Positions 13,001-24,200 of a stretch of 60,925 nucleotides of DNA are shown here, one piece after another. This stretch comes from a virus. Taxonomy: Duplodnaviria > Caudoviricetes. The notes under the pieces were generated by a model. The model worked only from the letters and a program-made list of their open reading frames with translations, made no database searches and had not been told where the DNA came from. Position numbers and translations under genes: made by a program. How positions within the stretch are numbered: position 1 is the first letter of the stretch; each line of letters begins with the position of its first letter. The stretch lies in the IMG/VR virus record IMGVR_UViG_3300030419_007265, positions 1 to 60,925 of that record. The stretch is one strand, 5' to 3'.

Positions 13001-13325
13001 GGGTGTTATTTTGGACAGCTACAAAATCAAAAGGAATAAATTTAGTTTGCCCTCCTAATATTTCGAAATTTTTCCCAGAAGGAAATTGAAATATGTCGGG
13101 GTAAGTGCTTTGACTGTATCCTTCAGACCAGATCCCTGATACGCTGTCGGGAGCTTGAGCTGGCTGAGTCGTAATTACAGTACTTATTGGATAGTTGCCA
13201 CTATTCGTAAGATAAAAACCAGTTTGTATCCCAAAGCCAGTTATACCACTGAGCAGCATACCAGTGTGCGCGACAAAATCATTATCTTGAGCTCTTTTTG
13301 TTACATTTGGAGGTAGATCAGGCAT
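10005..13325 (-). CDS. Tail-associated protein with glycine-rich loops and a possible C-terminal lectin-like beta-sandwich
   Basis: GCGGKGGDGG, GGGGGGGGG and GGAGGIFG segments; GCISDIIVLNKNLNTEERRAIYSY LamG-like ending; tail context. Confidence 0.55.
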   Translation of the reverse strand: MPDLPPNVTKRAQDNDFVAHTGMLLSGITGFGIQTGFYLTNSGNYPISTVITTQPAQAPDSVSGIWSEGYSQSTYPDIFQFPSGKNFEILGGQTKFIPFDFVAVQNNTLPSFAHGTGPQGWGGPDNSGRYSGTFLLNNVSMQNGQPDPSGGIKVHVTGQVTGIFGSQGSQGYHGSMSAALPSYPSGFRVESDYGLDGKPMQTLRWYHPETGYFLTQYSVEYAGNIDTSTATTGSWSGLHTFEINYEDLVIADSDFFASIDFRKFATNTGINQRYTRGTDPQYDSNYGEYTVSGNVLGFDADYYYRIKSQYLIPSNMGQDESSLSGVQYESNYVYGYPVDNFNVPVSSNDVNQGLISGSTTLPAGAANSPKGVIANPAGSMRALYIYFENNQSNINLKTLFDEEVSRRDIDLKYFDPSQSEYAFTGVHFVVPEGFVVGSESSDTPGIQTGDVIVDHSSNEIDVVLNLEKDSTVMGCGGKGGDGGYTDIVLDIDNTINIIEGKIQIKEPVTVESTVGSAGSSAIKITSSQSKFRIRRDITSRIFGGGGGGGGGDPFFFPRAFEIAPVYKFDTMYSRLRKDRTYDEQYFATNSGFEFDFKVSQGISWAASGSTPGGTTSGTIQKLYLGLQDIVGTQLAGLGGGGQGFSESAGGSNLKQGQGLTVDDHKGSREAAGLGSSQNSQLKLSPGGAGGIFGGDGERALSAVEGGIFNVKEGEQRDAKSGGSAGAAIEVVSTNSNYSSLGDLVSLNNMVSPSNIPSLIAWFSTEDSTKFTCTTSGGYNYITKWTSMNSASIYMDPYSRLSWGAPNVPVFVTSSSSRTQSTGATLAATPQANSYTQYFNGHDTVFFGHTYTALEINNIVGSSKLEEDMQSFEIIYFFYPGAGANAVASQYSPWYVDGNLEGTFKGYSWRADEILRLREKYNTNFALALHQWSDIGGADNSADSYRNPSWVYTKSGKTHEGTGLPKGTEPLQFRDFTNEEDPQRAWMYSISSTRTGGSIAYGTYNDLELRGSEVFPGNSYSWLSLPRIGVTNSMYNDIRYLNCFYGCISDIIVLNKNLNTEERRAIYSYIASSKLKVKTSANRNNEADRNTLAANNGYAGFNLATGW

Positions 13326-14587
13326 TAATATCTAATTGGTTGATTATCTCCAGTATAATATGGATCAATAGTAATTAAACTCGCAAACGATACTTCTTCC
13401 GACAAAGTATTAACTGGAAATTCTATAAAATTTACACTTACATTATTGTTATCTTTGTAATTCAATTTGTGAGTCCATTTAGGACAAATGAATACTTTTC
13501 CTGTTATATCATACGGGGCGGGAGGCACAAATTCAAACTGATCCTTTCCCTTATGGTGTTCTAGAAAATGAACTATAGCTTTGGCCTCTTCATTATCTCG
13601 AGCATCGAAACTCATTTCCATATTTAGTAGCCCCTTATTAGTACCGTCGTGAGTCCTAATAAAATAATCGCTTTGCATGGGCTGCTTCAAATAGCGAGGG
13701 GATTCTGTTATAGATAATCCAGCGTTAGTATCAAAATAAAAATTATCTTTGGTCCACATGCTTGCAGCGCCCAGCGGCCCGTTTTCATTCGTAGAAACAG
13801 AGCTCTCTTTCCCTGAATAATAATACCACCCTGAAACCTCTAAGCTTGGACACGTAGCCCCACTCATATATACTATATCGTGCTGGCGATAAGTTCTATT
13901 TTGCACCCAGAAACCATTTGTTTGCTTAAAAGGGATGTAATATTGCTGCCAATTTAAAGTTGATTGATCCTCCCTGTGCAAAGTTGTACTAACAGTATTT
14001 ACATTCGGATAATCAAAACTTTGATTTATGCTATCAATATAAAATTCGTGTGATTCATCATAAGGAGGAAAAGGTGTAAATGATATGCCTGTATATGCCC
14101 CGCTTGGCTTTTCTCCTTTATTAAATGAGTCTTGTAATAAATGAAGTAATGCTTTAGCCTCCTTATCACTTCTACGACTAAAACCTAAACTAAAAGAAGT
14201 TTTTAGGGCATTTTCGCTTTTACTAAGAACATTATAATATCCATCCCCAAAAGTTACATCATAACTTTGATTTTCATATCTCACCTCTGAACCATAAGCC
14301 GCCTCCATGAATAACTCTTGGGTCCAAGGATTTGCTGCGTTAGAATCTGTGAGCCTTTTAAGCCCAGTAGGAGAGTTGACCGCAGTAGAAGTAGATGAGC
14401 TGTCTCCACTATAATAATAATGACCCGTGGGAGCATCCGTACCTAAAGCGTAAACCTCAGTGCCGGCATTGGTAAATCCACTAAAAAATACTACATCATA
14501 TTTTTCGTATGTTCTCCCTACCTCAAAAGGGTCAACCCTTGAAATGTTGGTTACACCTGAGCCAAAAATGTAAGATTGTTGCGCCAT
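13325..14587 (-). CDS. Distal tail protein with two gpM-like domains
   Basis: FGDGY...F..RSDKEAKALLHLL...FTPFPPYD repeated as F..RDNEEAKAIVHFLE...FVPPAPYD. Confidence 0.7.
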   Translation of the reverse strand: MAQQSYIFGSGVTNISRVDPFEVGRTYEKYDVVFFSGFTNAGTEVYALGTDAPTGHYYYSGDSSSTSTAVNSPTGLKRLTDSNAANPWTQELFMEAAYGSEVRYENQSYDVTFGDGYYNVLSKSENALKTSFSLGFSRRSDKEAKALLHLLQDSFNKGEKPSGAYTGISFTPFPPYDESHEFYIDSINQSFDYPNVNTVSTTLHREDQSTLNWQQYYIPFKQTNGFWVQNRTYRQHDIVYMSGATCPSLEVSGWYYYSGKESSVSTNENGPLGAASMWTKDNFYFDTNAGLSITESPRYLKQPMQSDYFIRTHDGTNKGLLNMEMSFDARDNEEAKAIVHFLEHHKGKDQFEFVPPAPYDITGKVFICPKWTHKLNYKDNNNVSVNFIEFPVNTLSEEVSFASLITIDPYYTGDNQPIRY

Positions 14588-15384
14588 TATATTAACATTC
14601 TTCCTGTTAAGTAATCTTGAGAAACACTAATGGTTCCGTCAATATAGCCTCCTTCTGTTACGCTTAAATTTTGATTGAATATTTGACCAGTGCAGCCGAA
14701 TTGCGCCATTGCGGAATCTCCATAAGTGTCAAAAACTTGAATATTTAATTCTGCATAATTTCCTGTTACACTCATGACTCCTCCCACGTCTTCTCCCGCA
14801 ATAGAAAGATTAATGCGAACATTTTCTTTCGTGACCCGTGAGGGCATATCCTTACCTGCCATTACAACGGGCTTTCGATCACAAGAAACCGAATAATCAA
14901 AAGAAACTTTTTTGTTTACGCCTATGTCAGTTCCCGCTAAATAAGACCTTAAACTGTGAGATAAATTAGTTTCATTTCTTAAGGAGTTATCAGACATTCC
15001 AGATGAAGGCAACGCCTCTAATTCTCCATATATATCTAATTGAGATTGAAATAAAATAGGAGAATAAGGAGAAACTGAAAAACTAAGGCTTTTAATGTAG
15101 CCGCTACTAAAACTCATTCCAGCTAAACTTCCCGCTAAAGGCTCTCCTGTATTTTCTATCTCCGTTAATGGGTTTAAAAAATTATGAAAAATTCCTGTAC
15201 AATAATGAGAAAACGTTAATGTGCCCTTTACGGGAGAAGTGGGTGCATATCTTATCACAGAGCCGGTAATATTGTTTACCGGCTGTAAAGAAGCCTCGAC
15301 GCCTAGCTCCGCACTTTCCGCAAAAATATTTTGATCTGCGATTCTGAGTAAGGCTTTTTCGTATTTTATAAACTTTGTTGCCAT
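14587..15384 (-). CDS. Putative tail tube-like/baseplate protein
   Basis: Beta-rich, start/stop coupled to its neighbours, resembles 17280-18230. Confidence 0.45.
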   Translation of the reverse strand: MATKFIKYEKALLRIADQNIFAESAELGVEASLQPVNNITGSVIRYAPTSPVKGTLTFSHYCTGIFHNFLNPLTEIENTGEPLAGSLAGMSFSSGYIKSLSFSVSPYSPILFQSQLDIYGELEALPSSGMSDNSLRNETNLSHSLRSYLAGTDIGVNKKVSFDYSVSCDRKPVVMAGKDMPSRVTKENVRINLSIAGEDVGGVMSVTGNYAELNIQVFDTYGDSAMAQFGCTGQIFNQNLSVTEGGYIDGTISVSQDYLTGRMLI

Positions 15385-17276
15385 TAAGCGCCTAAACTAT
15401 CAGGTACATCAAATTCAACTGTGACTGTTACATTACATTTGCCATTTCCAGTGTTAGTGTCCATACCCAACATTAAAAACTCTCCTTGAGAAAAATCTAA
15501 ATTAGTTTGTCCTCCAGTACTCGCACTCGCAGCAAAATCATCAAATCCTAAAGTAAAAGAATTGGAAGCGGCGGAAGACAGGTCAATATTCTCTTTATAC
15601 GCTGAATCTGAAGTGCTCAATTTATTGCTTGATGGCATAGAGGAACCAGTAAAAATGTATGCCTTTACAACATTACTGGGAGTAGACATATTTAAAGAAA
15701 CATCAATTCTTGTTATCCTTCCCCCCATTGGAGCTAAAGAGGCGAATTGTTTATCCGGCGCACTGGAGCCATGATAATTATTAGTTGTGTCATAGGGCGC
15801 AGCGAATAAAGGAGACCACCTTTGATTAACAGTTTCAAAATAATAAGGAAAAGAAAAAGTTTGTGTAAATCTTCCTCTACAATAATTACCAGCACTTGTA
15901 CCTCCTTTATCGTAAAATGCATTTGCCGCAGCATTGCCGTAAACATTAAGATTGCCGCTAGTATCTAAATACAGTTTATTGTCAGCCAACGTAGAATTAA
16001 CAGCGACATTGCCGGGAGTAGCGGGACTTGAAGTACTGTGATGAATACCAAAATAATTATTCCCGCCGTTTCTGAACGCTCCGCACATCCAGTTAGTTTG
16101 GGGGCTGCTAGAAACATAAATAGGAAAAGCAATAACACTAGACATGGCAGCTGCTGCATTATTTGTTCCAGTTGTTAATAATAGTCTCGCTCCAGAGTCT
16201 TGATTAGATTGAAATCTTCCCACAATATTATTAGATGCATCATACGCATTGAATTTGTAGGCATATCCAGTAGCACCAATATCTAAAAACCCTGATGTAT
16301 TAAAATTAATAGTGGCTGCCCCGGGTGTGGTCGTAGGATCTCCGACTCCCACAGCCCCTGTTCCTGCTGTTTTAGTTGTAAGATATAGACTGTTAGTTGT
16401 AGTTGTTCCAGAATCTCTTCTCAACTCTATTACTGAACCATTTGTGGAATCTTGCACTAAGAAATTAGTTCCGGCAGTGGCATCTACTATATGCAATTTA
16501 GCCCTTGCAGTAGTTTGTCCGATAACAATTTTACGATCGGTCTGAATACGCATTCCTGCATTCGCGCCACCCCCATTATACATAAAATCTATATTTGCCC
16601 CTGCGTCATATTGCACGTGCAAACTATTAGTAGTGCCTACTCCTCCCGTGGTTTGAAGCTGCTTTATTTCTCCTCTTGCTGAATCAATAATAACAGGATA
16701 GCTACCTTTTACACAAAAATCTCCTTTGACATCTAAGTCGTATTCTGCTCCAGTAGCAGCTAAAGACCCATTATGCCCAATGCCTACATTTCCATTTTTT
16801 TGCATGAACAACCTAAAAGGTCCACTTCCTCCGCCGGGTCCTTCAATTAAAAAGATATCAGTGCGCACGGCATCAGTATAATTTCCATTACAATAAATGC
16901 TCCATGTGGTAGCGTCATTCTGCAGTTTTAAAGAAGGATAAGAGTTTGCGACTGAAGAGTAAATTCGTATGTTAGCGTTATTAACAGTGCTGCCCTGTAC
17001 ATCTAAAAGATAGGAGGCCGCGTTGGTTCCGATACCAATATTGCTAAGGCCGCTTCCGCCGTTGTCTTTAACAAAAAGGCCATAAGCGCCCGAATCATCA
17101 GTGATTTTTAGACCGTTGTTGTCAGCCGCCCATATTTGATATTTTTTATTCAGGTCGCTTATCAGCACATGCTTGGTGACCGGATTTGCATTATCAGCAC
17201 TATAATCGCCGAGAAATAATAAATCGTCTTGTGCTGGTGCTCCGCCTAAGTTCGGATATTCTAATATTTTGCCCAT
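15384..17276 (-). CDS. Tail fibre-like protein
   Basis: Repeated NIGIGT/GNVGIG/IVIGQT fibre motifs, G/N/T-rich. Confidence 0.65.
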   Translation of the reverse strand: MGKILEYPNLGGAPAQDDLLFLGDYSADNANPVTKHVLISDLNKKYQIWAADNNGLKITDDSGAYGLFVKDNGGSGLSNIGIGTNAASYLLDVQGSTVNNANIRIYSSVANSYPSLKLQNDATTWSIYCNGNYTDAVRTDIFLIEGPGGGSGPFRLFMQKNGNVGIGHNGSLAATGAEYDLDVKGDFCVKGSYPVIIDSARGEIKQLQTTGGVGTTNSLHVQYDAGANIDFMYNGGGANAGMRIQTDRKIVIGQTTARAKLHIVDATAGTNFLVQDSTNGSVIELRRDSGTTTTNSLYLTTKTAGTGAVGVGDPTTTPGAATINFNTSGFLDIGATGYAYKFNAYDASNNIVGRFQSNQDSGARLLLTTGTNNAAAAMSSVIAFPIYVSSSPQTNWMCGAFRNGGNNYFGIHHSTSSPATPGNVAVNSTLADNKLYLDTSGNLNVYGNAAANAFYDKGGTSAGNYCRGRFTQTFSFPYYFETVNQRWSPLFAAPYDTTNNYHGSSAPDKQFASLAPMGGRITRIDVSLNMSTPSNVVKAYIFTGSSMPSSNKLSTSDSAYKENIDLSSAASNSFTLGFDDFAASASTGGQTNLDFSQGEFLMLGMDTNTGNGKCNVTVTVEFDVPDSLGA

Positions 17277-17279
17277 TTT

Positions 17280-18230
17280 TTAGTCCTTATTGTAATAATC
17301 TTTAAATTGTAAATTTACACTTAAAAGTCCATCTATAGTAGTCTCTATGCTTTGCGAAACCAAATGTCCAGTAGTACTCATAAATTCGTATCTTGTTATA
17401 CCGTCGCCATCATCCCCTAGACAAGTACCAGAATTATCATTTAAACATAAATTACCGGTACCTGCAGGTATAATTGTGTTGCCATCTAACGTCTCTCCTT
17501 TTGCTCCTAGTCGAATCTCAACTCCAATTGTTTCATAGTTTCCGCTTCGTACGTTGTCGATCATATTAGCGGTCTCATAATCATCCATTTCAATCGTAAA
17601 GTCTGTTGTTATTTCAATTGGATAATCAGTAAGCACTTCTGAAGGAGCGTAATAATCTTCGCTTGTTTTTTGATCTAGAGTATATATAGGAACGCGATTA
17701 ATGTTGTATGTTTGAGAAGCTGAAACTCCTCGATTGGTACCCGAGCCGTTAAAAGTCAAAAATACCGATTCATGATTAACAAACCCTAAAGTTTGAAGGG
17801 GAGCGGTGCCAGAGTAATCTAATTGGCCTTGGCGCGCACCGCTCCCCATCTGCCCAAAGACCGTAAAAGTAGTGTCAACTGTAGGGACATCTTGAACGTT
17901 ACAGTTGATAGTATAGCTTGTTAAATAGCCCGTGTTAAAACCGTATACTTTTTCATTTCCATCTCCGATCTGTACTCCATATAAAAGAGTCCCTGAGATA
18001 GGAGCTTCTCCTGTAAGATCTAAAAAGGGATCTTGGTAGAGCAAATCTCTTGTCATGGAGACTTCCCCTTGCAAAGGCTCAGCAATAACATCACGCACAA
18101 AACCTGCGCCTAAAACTCTAACCTGCTTTTGCCCTACACTATAGCTAGCTCCTAAATTACGAATCCCGGAGATACCCGTACCTCCGAGATAAAACATTTG
18201 CTCATAGCTAGGTGATGCGTTTTTGGCCAT
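17280..18230 (-). CDS. Putative tail tube-like/baseplate hub protein
   Basis: Directly downstream of the tape measure; FNTGYLTSYTINCNV resembles tail-tube IGNGFISDYTIDASV. Confidence 0.5.
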   Translation of the reverse strand: MAKNASPSYEQMFYLGGTGISGIRNLGASYSVGQKQVRVLGAGFVRDVIAEPLQGEVSMTRDLLYQDPFLDLTGEAPISGTLLYGVQIGDGNEKVYGFNTGYLTSYTINCNVQDVPTVDTTFTVFGQMGSGARQGQLDYSGTAPLQTLGFVNHESVFLTFNGSGTNRGVSASQTYNINRVPIYTLDQKTSEDYYAPSEVLTDYPIEITTDFTIEMDDYETANMIDNVRSGNYETIGVEIRLGAKGETLDGNTIIPAGTGNLCLNDNSGTCLGDDGDGITRYEFMSTTGHLVSQSIETTIDGLLSVNLQFKDYYNKD

Positions 18231-18232
18231 TT

Positions 18233-21200
18233 TTAATGCCTAGCTTTTCTCAGAGATCCCCCCAGTCTCTGCTCTTGAGATATAACCTCTAGCACAGCAC
18301 CTCTAATTCTTTCGCTGAGGTCTTTAGCTTCGGTCGCTTGATCTCGATTTGACTCTTGGTCTGCGTTAACATTTCCAGTTCCTCCTGAACCTGACTGCGC
18401 ACCACCTGAACCTCCTCCTAAATTTACGTTAATAGATATATTGTTAGTATTAGTTGCAGTTGATGTATTCAAAGGTGGTGTTGACGCGCCTCCTACGCCT
18501 CCTCCAGCTTGCATAGTTGGAATAACCCCTCCGTTTAAACGACCCATAAATCCTAAGCCATATTTTCTAACCGCACGATTATTCATAACATACTCCCCTC
18601 CCGCCATGAACGTAGGAACGCTATCCCGATTGAAAAAACCACGGTTAAAATAACCACCTGTTTGCCCGATGCTAGTACCCAATCTGCCTAAAGATTTTGC
18701 ATTGCTTGGGAGCGAAATAATGTTGTCGCCAGTAGCTCCAGTTATTGGATCCGTAAATGTTCCTTCGCCAAACGCGCCTCCCGTAAAATCTTTTGGCCCG
18801 AACATTTTTGATCCTTGAGCAATACCTGCGCTTACCAATGTAGTTAAGAAAGTAGTAAGTAATTGTTTCTTTTCTGCTTTTTTCTGCTGCTTCTTTTCAT
18901 AGGCAGCCCTAGCTGCTTCTCTGGCTTCTTGTAATTCTGGATTGTCTGAGGCAAGAAAGAAGCCACTCATACGTGGACTTCTAACACTTTCATTAAGCAT
19001 CATGCTGCCTCCGTCTTGAAAACGAGGAGCCATTCCAAAATTTAACCTATTAAGAGCCACAGGGCCTCCCATTGCCTTAACCGCGTTTCTATTTAGGACA
19101 TATTCCCCGTCTTCCAATAAAGCTGGGTTTTTATCTCCTGTTCTGCTCCCTGAAATATACATTCCGTTCCGGGCCTTTAAAATACCTCCTTTTTGACCTC
19201 CAAACCAATCAGGCACGTTTAAATGCCCCGGACCGCTCGTTCTAAAGCCGGGGCTAGCTCCCATTCCTATTAAATTTGTAAAGTTGCTCATTGAATACTG
19301 AAGAAAGGATCGCCTTACCATTTTAAGCATATCCACCGCAAAACCTCGCATAGCATCGCCAAGATCTTCAGTTCTATCCATAGCCTCTTCTAACGCCCCC
19401 ACCATTCCATCCCTAAAAGCCATAGGAAGCTCTTTTCCCAATCTTCCAAAGATATAATCAGTATCTCTAAATACTTCCTGAAAGCCTTCTGACATACTCT
19501 TAGTAAAAGAGCGCTTTACTTCTTCATTGTAAATCTCTCGCTCTTGTGTTAGTTTTTGTTGTAAAAAAAGTTCTTGTTCTGAAGCGCTCAAAGTGGCTTT
19601 GCGCGCTGCAAGCTCTTCCCGTATCGTTCTTAACTTTTCTAAAAGTTTAGTGTTCGCATTTTCACCCTTACTTTCCTCTTGTCCTATCAAACGATTAATT
19701 TCTTTTTGAGCTTCGCCTATTGATTTGAATTGCTTTAATCTATCAAAGGTACCCCCTGCTTGAGCGCGTTGCATTTCAAAGTCAACTACAGATCTACGTA
19801 CTTGCGACAAATTAACCGCCCTTCCGGCTCCTACACGAGCGCCTCCGCCACCTCCCGGAGAAGCCAATAAAGCTTTCATTTGTTTCGCTGCATCGCCTCT
19901 AATTTGACCTTCTCGCGCATCAGCCATCATTTTAAAGTAAGCTTCTGCGCCTCCTTCATGAGCTGCGGCTATCTTCGCTATGGGGGAATTCGGATCTTTT
20001 ATTATTGTATTTCTTAGCGCTCGCTGTTGTACCCTCGACTCAACAATTCTAGCTGAAGTGTCAGCTTCCAGTCGTGCGATTGCCACGCTTTTTTGCATTT
20101 CAACAGTGAGGTCATCTACAGCTTCGGTTAAGGAGCTTTGGCTGCTTATTAATAATAAATTACTATCAACTGTGTCTTTCTGAATCTGTGCTTCTCCTAT
20201 TCCACGGACAGTTGCGCTTAGTGCATCTCTTCGAGCCCCCGATATTTGAAGCGCAGTGAGTCCTTGGTTAATTCCTTGTCTTTCTCTAAGTGCTTGAGCG
20301 CCCGTCATGCCTGCAAAAGTTCGCGTGTCTGCTAAACGTGCTTTTAATCTTATTTCCTCTTTTGCCGCATTTGACTTTTCTTCTATCATCAGCATTTTAC
20401 GCTCATGAAGTGTTGTTCTCAATTCACTTTGAAGGGCTTGCTCTCTAATTAGGTTTTGAGCTTTTTGTTCTTCTAGGTCAAATTTGCTATTTAATATAGC
20501 CTGATCCACATTAATGTTTCTTAACTGATCTTCATATAAAACCTTACTGTCCTTAATTGTCTTTTGTAATTGTGTTGTAGCGGCGCTATTTCTACCGGAA
20601 AACTGTTCTAATAATTTAAATCCCTGCGCAACATCTTTAGTAAAAACGTCTGCTGCTTCATTTAAATCTTTTAAAGCTGTGTCGCCGGGAGCAACACCTC
20701 CAGCTGTCTTAACGGCATTTAAGAGCTTCGTGATGTTATCCGCTACAAATTTTTGATCCATGCTTTGTCTTTTTAGATCAAGGGAGGCTTGAGCTTGACT
20801 TCTTTCAAAGTCTATAGCTCCTAATGTATTGCCTTGGGTACGTAAAATTCCAGCAACATTTCCACCTAATGCCCCTCTCGCTTTGGTAAGTGAACCTGCA
20901 AATTTAGCAGCTTTGGCTAACCCAGTCGCTACCATTTGCATAGCGTCTTTTATATCAATAAAGGATCGCGTAGCTATTTCGGTAAGCTTTACTGTGGTAG
21001 CTACAGCAGCATCTTGTTTTTTTCCAAATGCATTAACCCTCTCGATGACCGTAGAAAAATCTTGAACTGTAAATAATTTTCCACTAGTAGCATCTTCTAG
21101 GTTTTGAAAAAATTCTTCTAAATCAGTTTTATACTCATTACTGATTCTATCTCCATATTTGATAACTAATTTTGCTACTGCAGTCTCATCAAATCCCCAA

Positions 21201-24200
21201 CTGTTCGTTTCATCTCTTAATAGTTTAGACAACTCCTCTAATTGGCCTTCGCTCAATTCAGTTGCCAGTAGTTCAAACATATCGCCATAATCTTTTTTAA
21301 GAGCCTTAAGGTTTTTGTCTTCTATCGAGTACTTAAATGTACTTGAAGCAGGCACGTAAGCACGAGAATGCCCCGGTTTTAAAGCTCGAGTTTGTCTCAC
21401 GATCGTCTCCGTAAAATAATCTTCAACCGCTCCGCCAAAAGCTCCAAACATTTTCGTATATTTGGTGTCGTCGGCTGCAGCGGCTGCCGCTCCCGCCTTC
21501 TTAATGGCTCCACCTACATCTCTTTCCTCTTCATAGTCTTTTAGTGCTGCAGTTAAAGCTTTAACGTCTGCCCCAGCAGCAGCAAACGATTCTTCAAGTT
21601 TTGTTCCTTTAATTGCTTCGAAGTTTTTAATAACCGCTTGCTGAGCAGACTCCATGTCTTTTACATTAGTAGCTGACAATAAATCTTCTTGAGCTTGTAT
21701 ATATGCTTGACCAGCAGAGGTCATTTTTTCAGTCTCTTTGCCAAACTCTTCGGCTTCTCTTTTTAATTGTTCGACGCTTTTTCCAGCATCAATGGCAGCA
21801 TTAGTCAAGCCCCCTAACGCCCCAACTGCAGCACCAATCCCAGCTCCCCATGGGCCAAATATCATGCCCAATGAAGCACCTGTTCCAGCGCCTGTTAAAG
21901 CTCCACTGGTTACCTGCCCTGTTGGATCTCCTTCTCCAAATGCCTGCTCTGCGGCTCCTCCTAACATAGGCAAGCCCATGGCCAATCCGATACCAACTCC
22001 CATGCCTCCCCCTTGCTTCATGCTCTCTTTAAGCCTGCCTTTTAACCCTGTTGCGCCACCCGCGGCAGCAGTGGAAGCTGACATGCTGGCAGCGGTTGAT
22101 TTAACTCTTGTTTGTAAAGTAGTTAAGCTTGATCCAGTTTTGCCCGCAGCTCTTCCTAACCTATCAGTCGCTCTCATAGCTTGAGATTCTGTTATCTCTT
22201 TTTTAGATAACTTTAAGGCAACTTTATCGATTATAGTTTGAAATCTAGTAAAACCGTTATTTAAAGCAGCTAGATGTTTATTTGTCTTTCCTACAGTGCC
22301 ACCTAAATCTACTCCTCCTACGTAATTAGGAATGAAACCTCTTGCGGCCCCCACTACATCTTTTAAGCCCCTAGGTTCGTCTCTCGTATTTGTAACACCT
22401 AATCCTACTGGATTATTGGGACTGGCCAACCTATTCGAGCGACCTACCCTGATAGAGCCCAAAGGAACTCCTGCCGCTGCTTCCCTCTCTACCGCATCGC
22501 CTAATGCCGCAAAATTAGGAACGTAACCTCGTGAAGATCTCGATCGCGCAGAAACCCAGCTTCTCCATCCGGGGTCACCAGCAGGACTCATTATCTTTTC
22601 AGCCATGCTTTTAACTGTTCCCTCGCTATCACGAACTTTAAAATCTCCGCCTGTGACCGTAGCTCTAACTTTTTTCCCTCCTGTAGAAAAAAGATCTTTA
22701 AGTTGCTGAGTAAAGAAACCCCTAGGGACATCTAGATTTTTAACTCCCTTTTCAGGGGCTGCGGCCTGTAATCCTAAAGCTTGACTTATACCAACCTCAA
22801 AAGCGGCTCCAGCAGCAGCAGAGATTGCTCCAGCTCCTCCTTGAGCTGTGTTAAGTGCTGTTTTCATTTGAGCAGGACTTAAATCATCTGCAGGAGGATC
22901 GATCGATTGAGCAAAACGTTGTGTCGCAGAAATAATTCCTTTTTCTATGTCTTCTTCAATAGGAGTAATATTCTTTCCTACTTTAGAAGCTGTTTTTGGG
23001 TTATAAGTATACTTTCTAAAAGCCACACTGAACGGCTTACCTTTCATTCCGGGGATTTTATTTCCCGCACCAAAAGTGTGCATAGCACTACCTCCACTTC
23101 CATAACCGGCTGGAGGAGTAAGCATGGCAATTTCTTTTGAAATAAAAGTGTCTCGACGAGCCTGAGATTGAGCGCTTCTCTTGGCATACCCAGCCTTTAA
23201 AGCATCTTTCATCCCTGTAGATAAATTTTTTCTTCCTGTTAACTGGGTGAAACGGCTCATTAACGCAGAGTCCTTTTTAAGGTCAGCCGGTTTCATACCT
23301 TCAAAGTCCTCTAACCTTAACTTTCCTACGTCTACAAAATTTGGAACGTAACCCCCGGATCCTCTTACTGGTTTTGCTCCCGCGGGCATCCCATATTGAG
23401 ATACCATATTAGGATTAAAGATCGCAGAGCCTCCATTTCGATAATTAGGCACAATATATTCCCCAGTATTTGCAATCATTGTTCCCCGAACGCCTCCTCC
23501 AAAAGCAAAATTAGGAATGCTTACAGGTCGAGACGTCGGACTAACCCCTCCTACACCTCTTCTAATATCATTTATTTCTCCCGCCATACCGGGAATAAAT
23601 CCACTTGCACCACGAGGCTTCTTAGTTCCTCCGGTAGCAGCGGCAACTGCCGGCATTGACTTAGGCATCTTCATCATAGCATTGACCATTGCTATCATCG
23701 ATTCCTCTTGCCCTTCCATGGCGGCAGCTGTAGTAACAGCATAGTCCATTAAAAGTTTGGCTTGAGCTGCGGCATTTCCTTCATTTGCAGCAACCGCCTT
23801 AGACAAATCAGCTTCATTTCTTAGAGCTGCTTCAATAAATTTTTCCAAAGTAGCTCGTTTTGAAGTTTCAGTAGTAAGTCCAATTAATTGCGGAAGCGCT
23901 TGAGCCATATAGCCAATGGTATTTTTAAATACAGTAAATAATACTGTTCCAATAGCGACAAGGCCCGGCCCTCCTATAACATTTTTAATACCTTTTAATA
24001 TTCCATTAGCTACTTCGCTGCCAGCCCCCTCTCCATCAATCAAATTATTCAAACCTTCCATAGCAGACTTAAGAGGTTCGAGTATTTGCCTTGCTAAAGG
24101 CTCAAAAGTTTCTTTGCCGATATTTTGTTGAAGTTTTTGAAACTCGGTAGTGGTTTGAGCCATTAAAGCAGATAGACTTTGATTTAATTTAGCTGTAGCT

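Noticed and set aside
1-17276. Diversity-generating retroelement targeting tail fibres
   Set aside because: No reverse transcriptase and no adenine-mismatched TR/VR pair noticed in the window.
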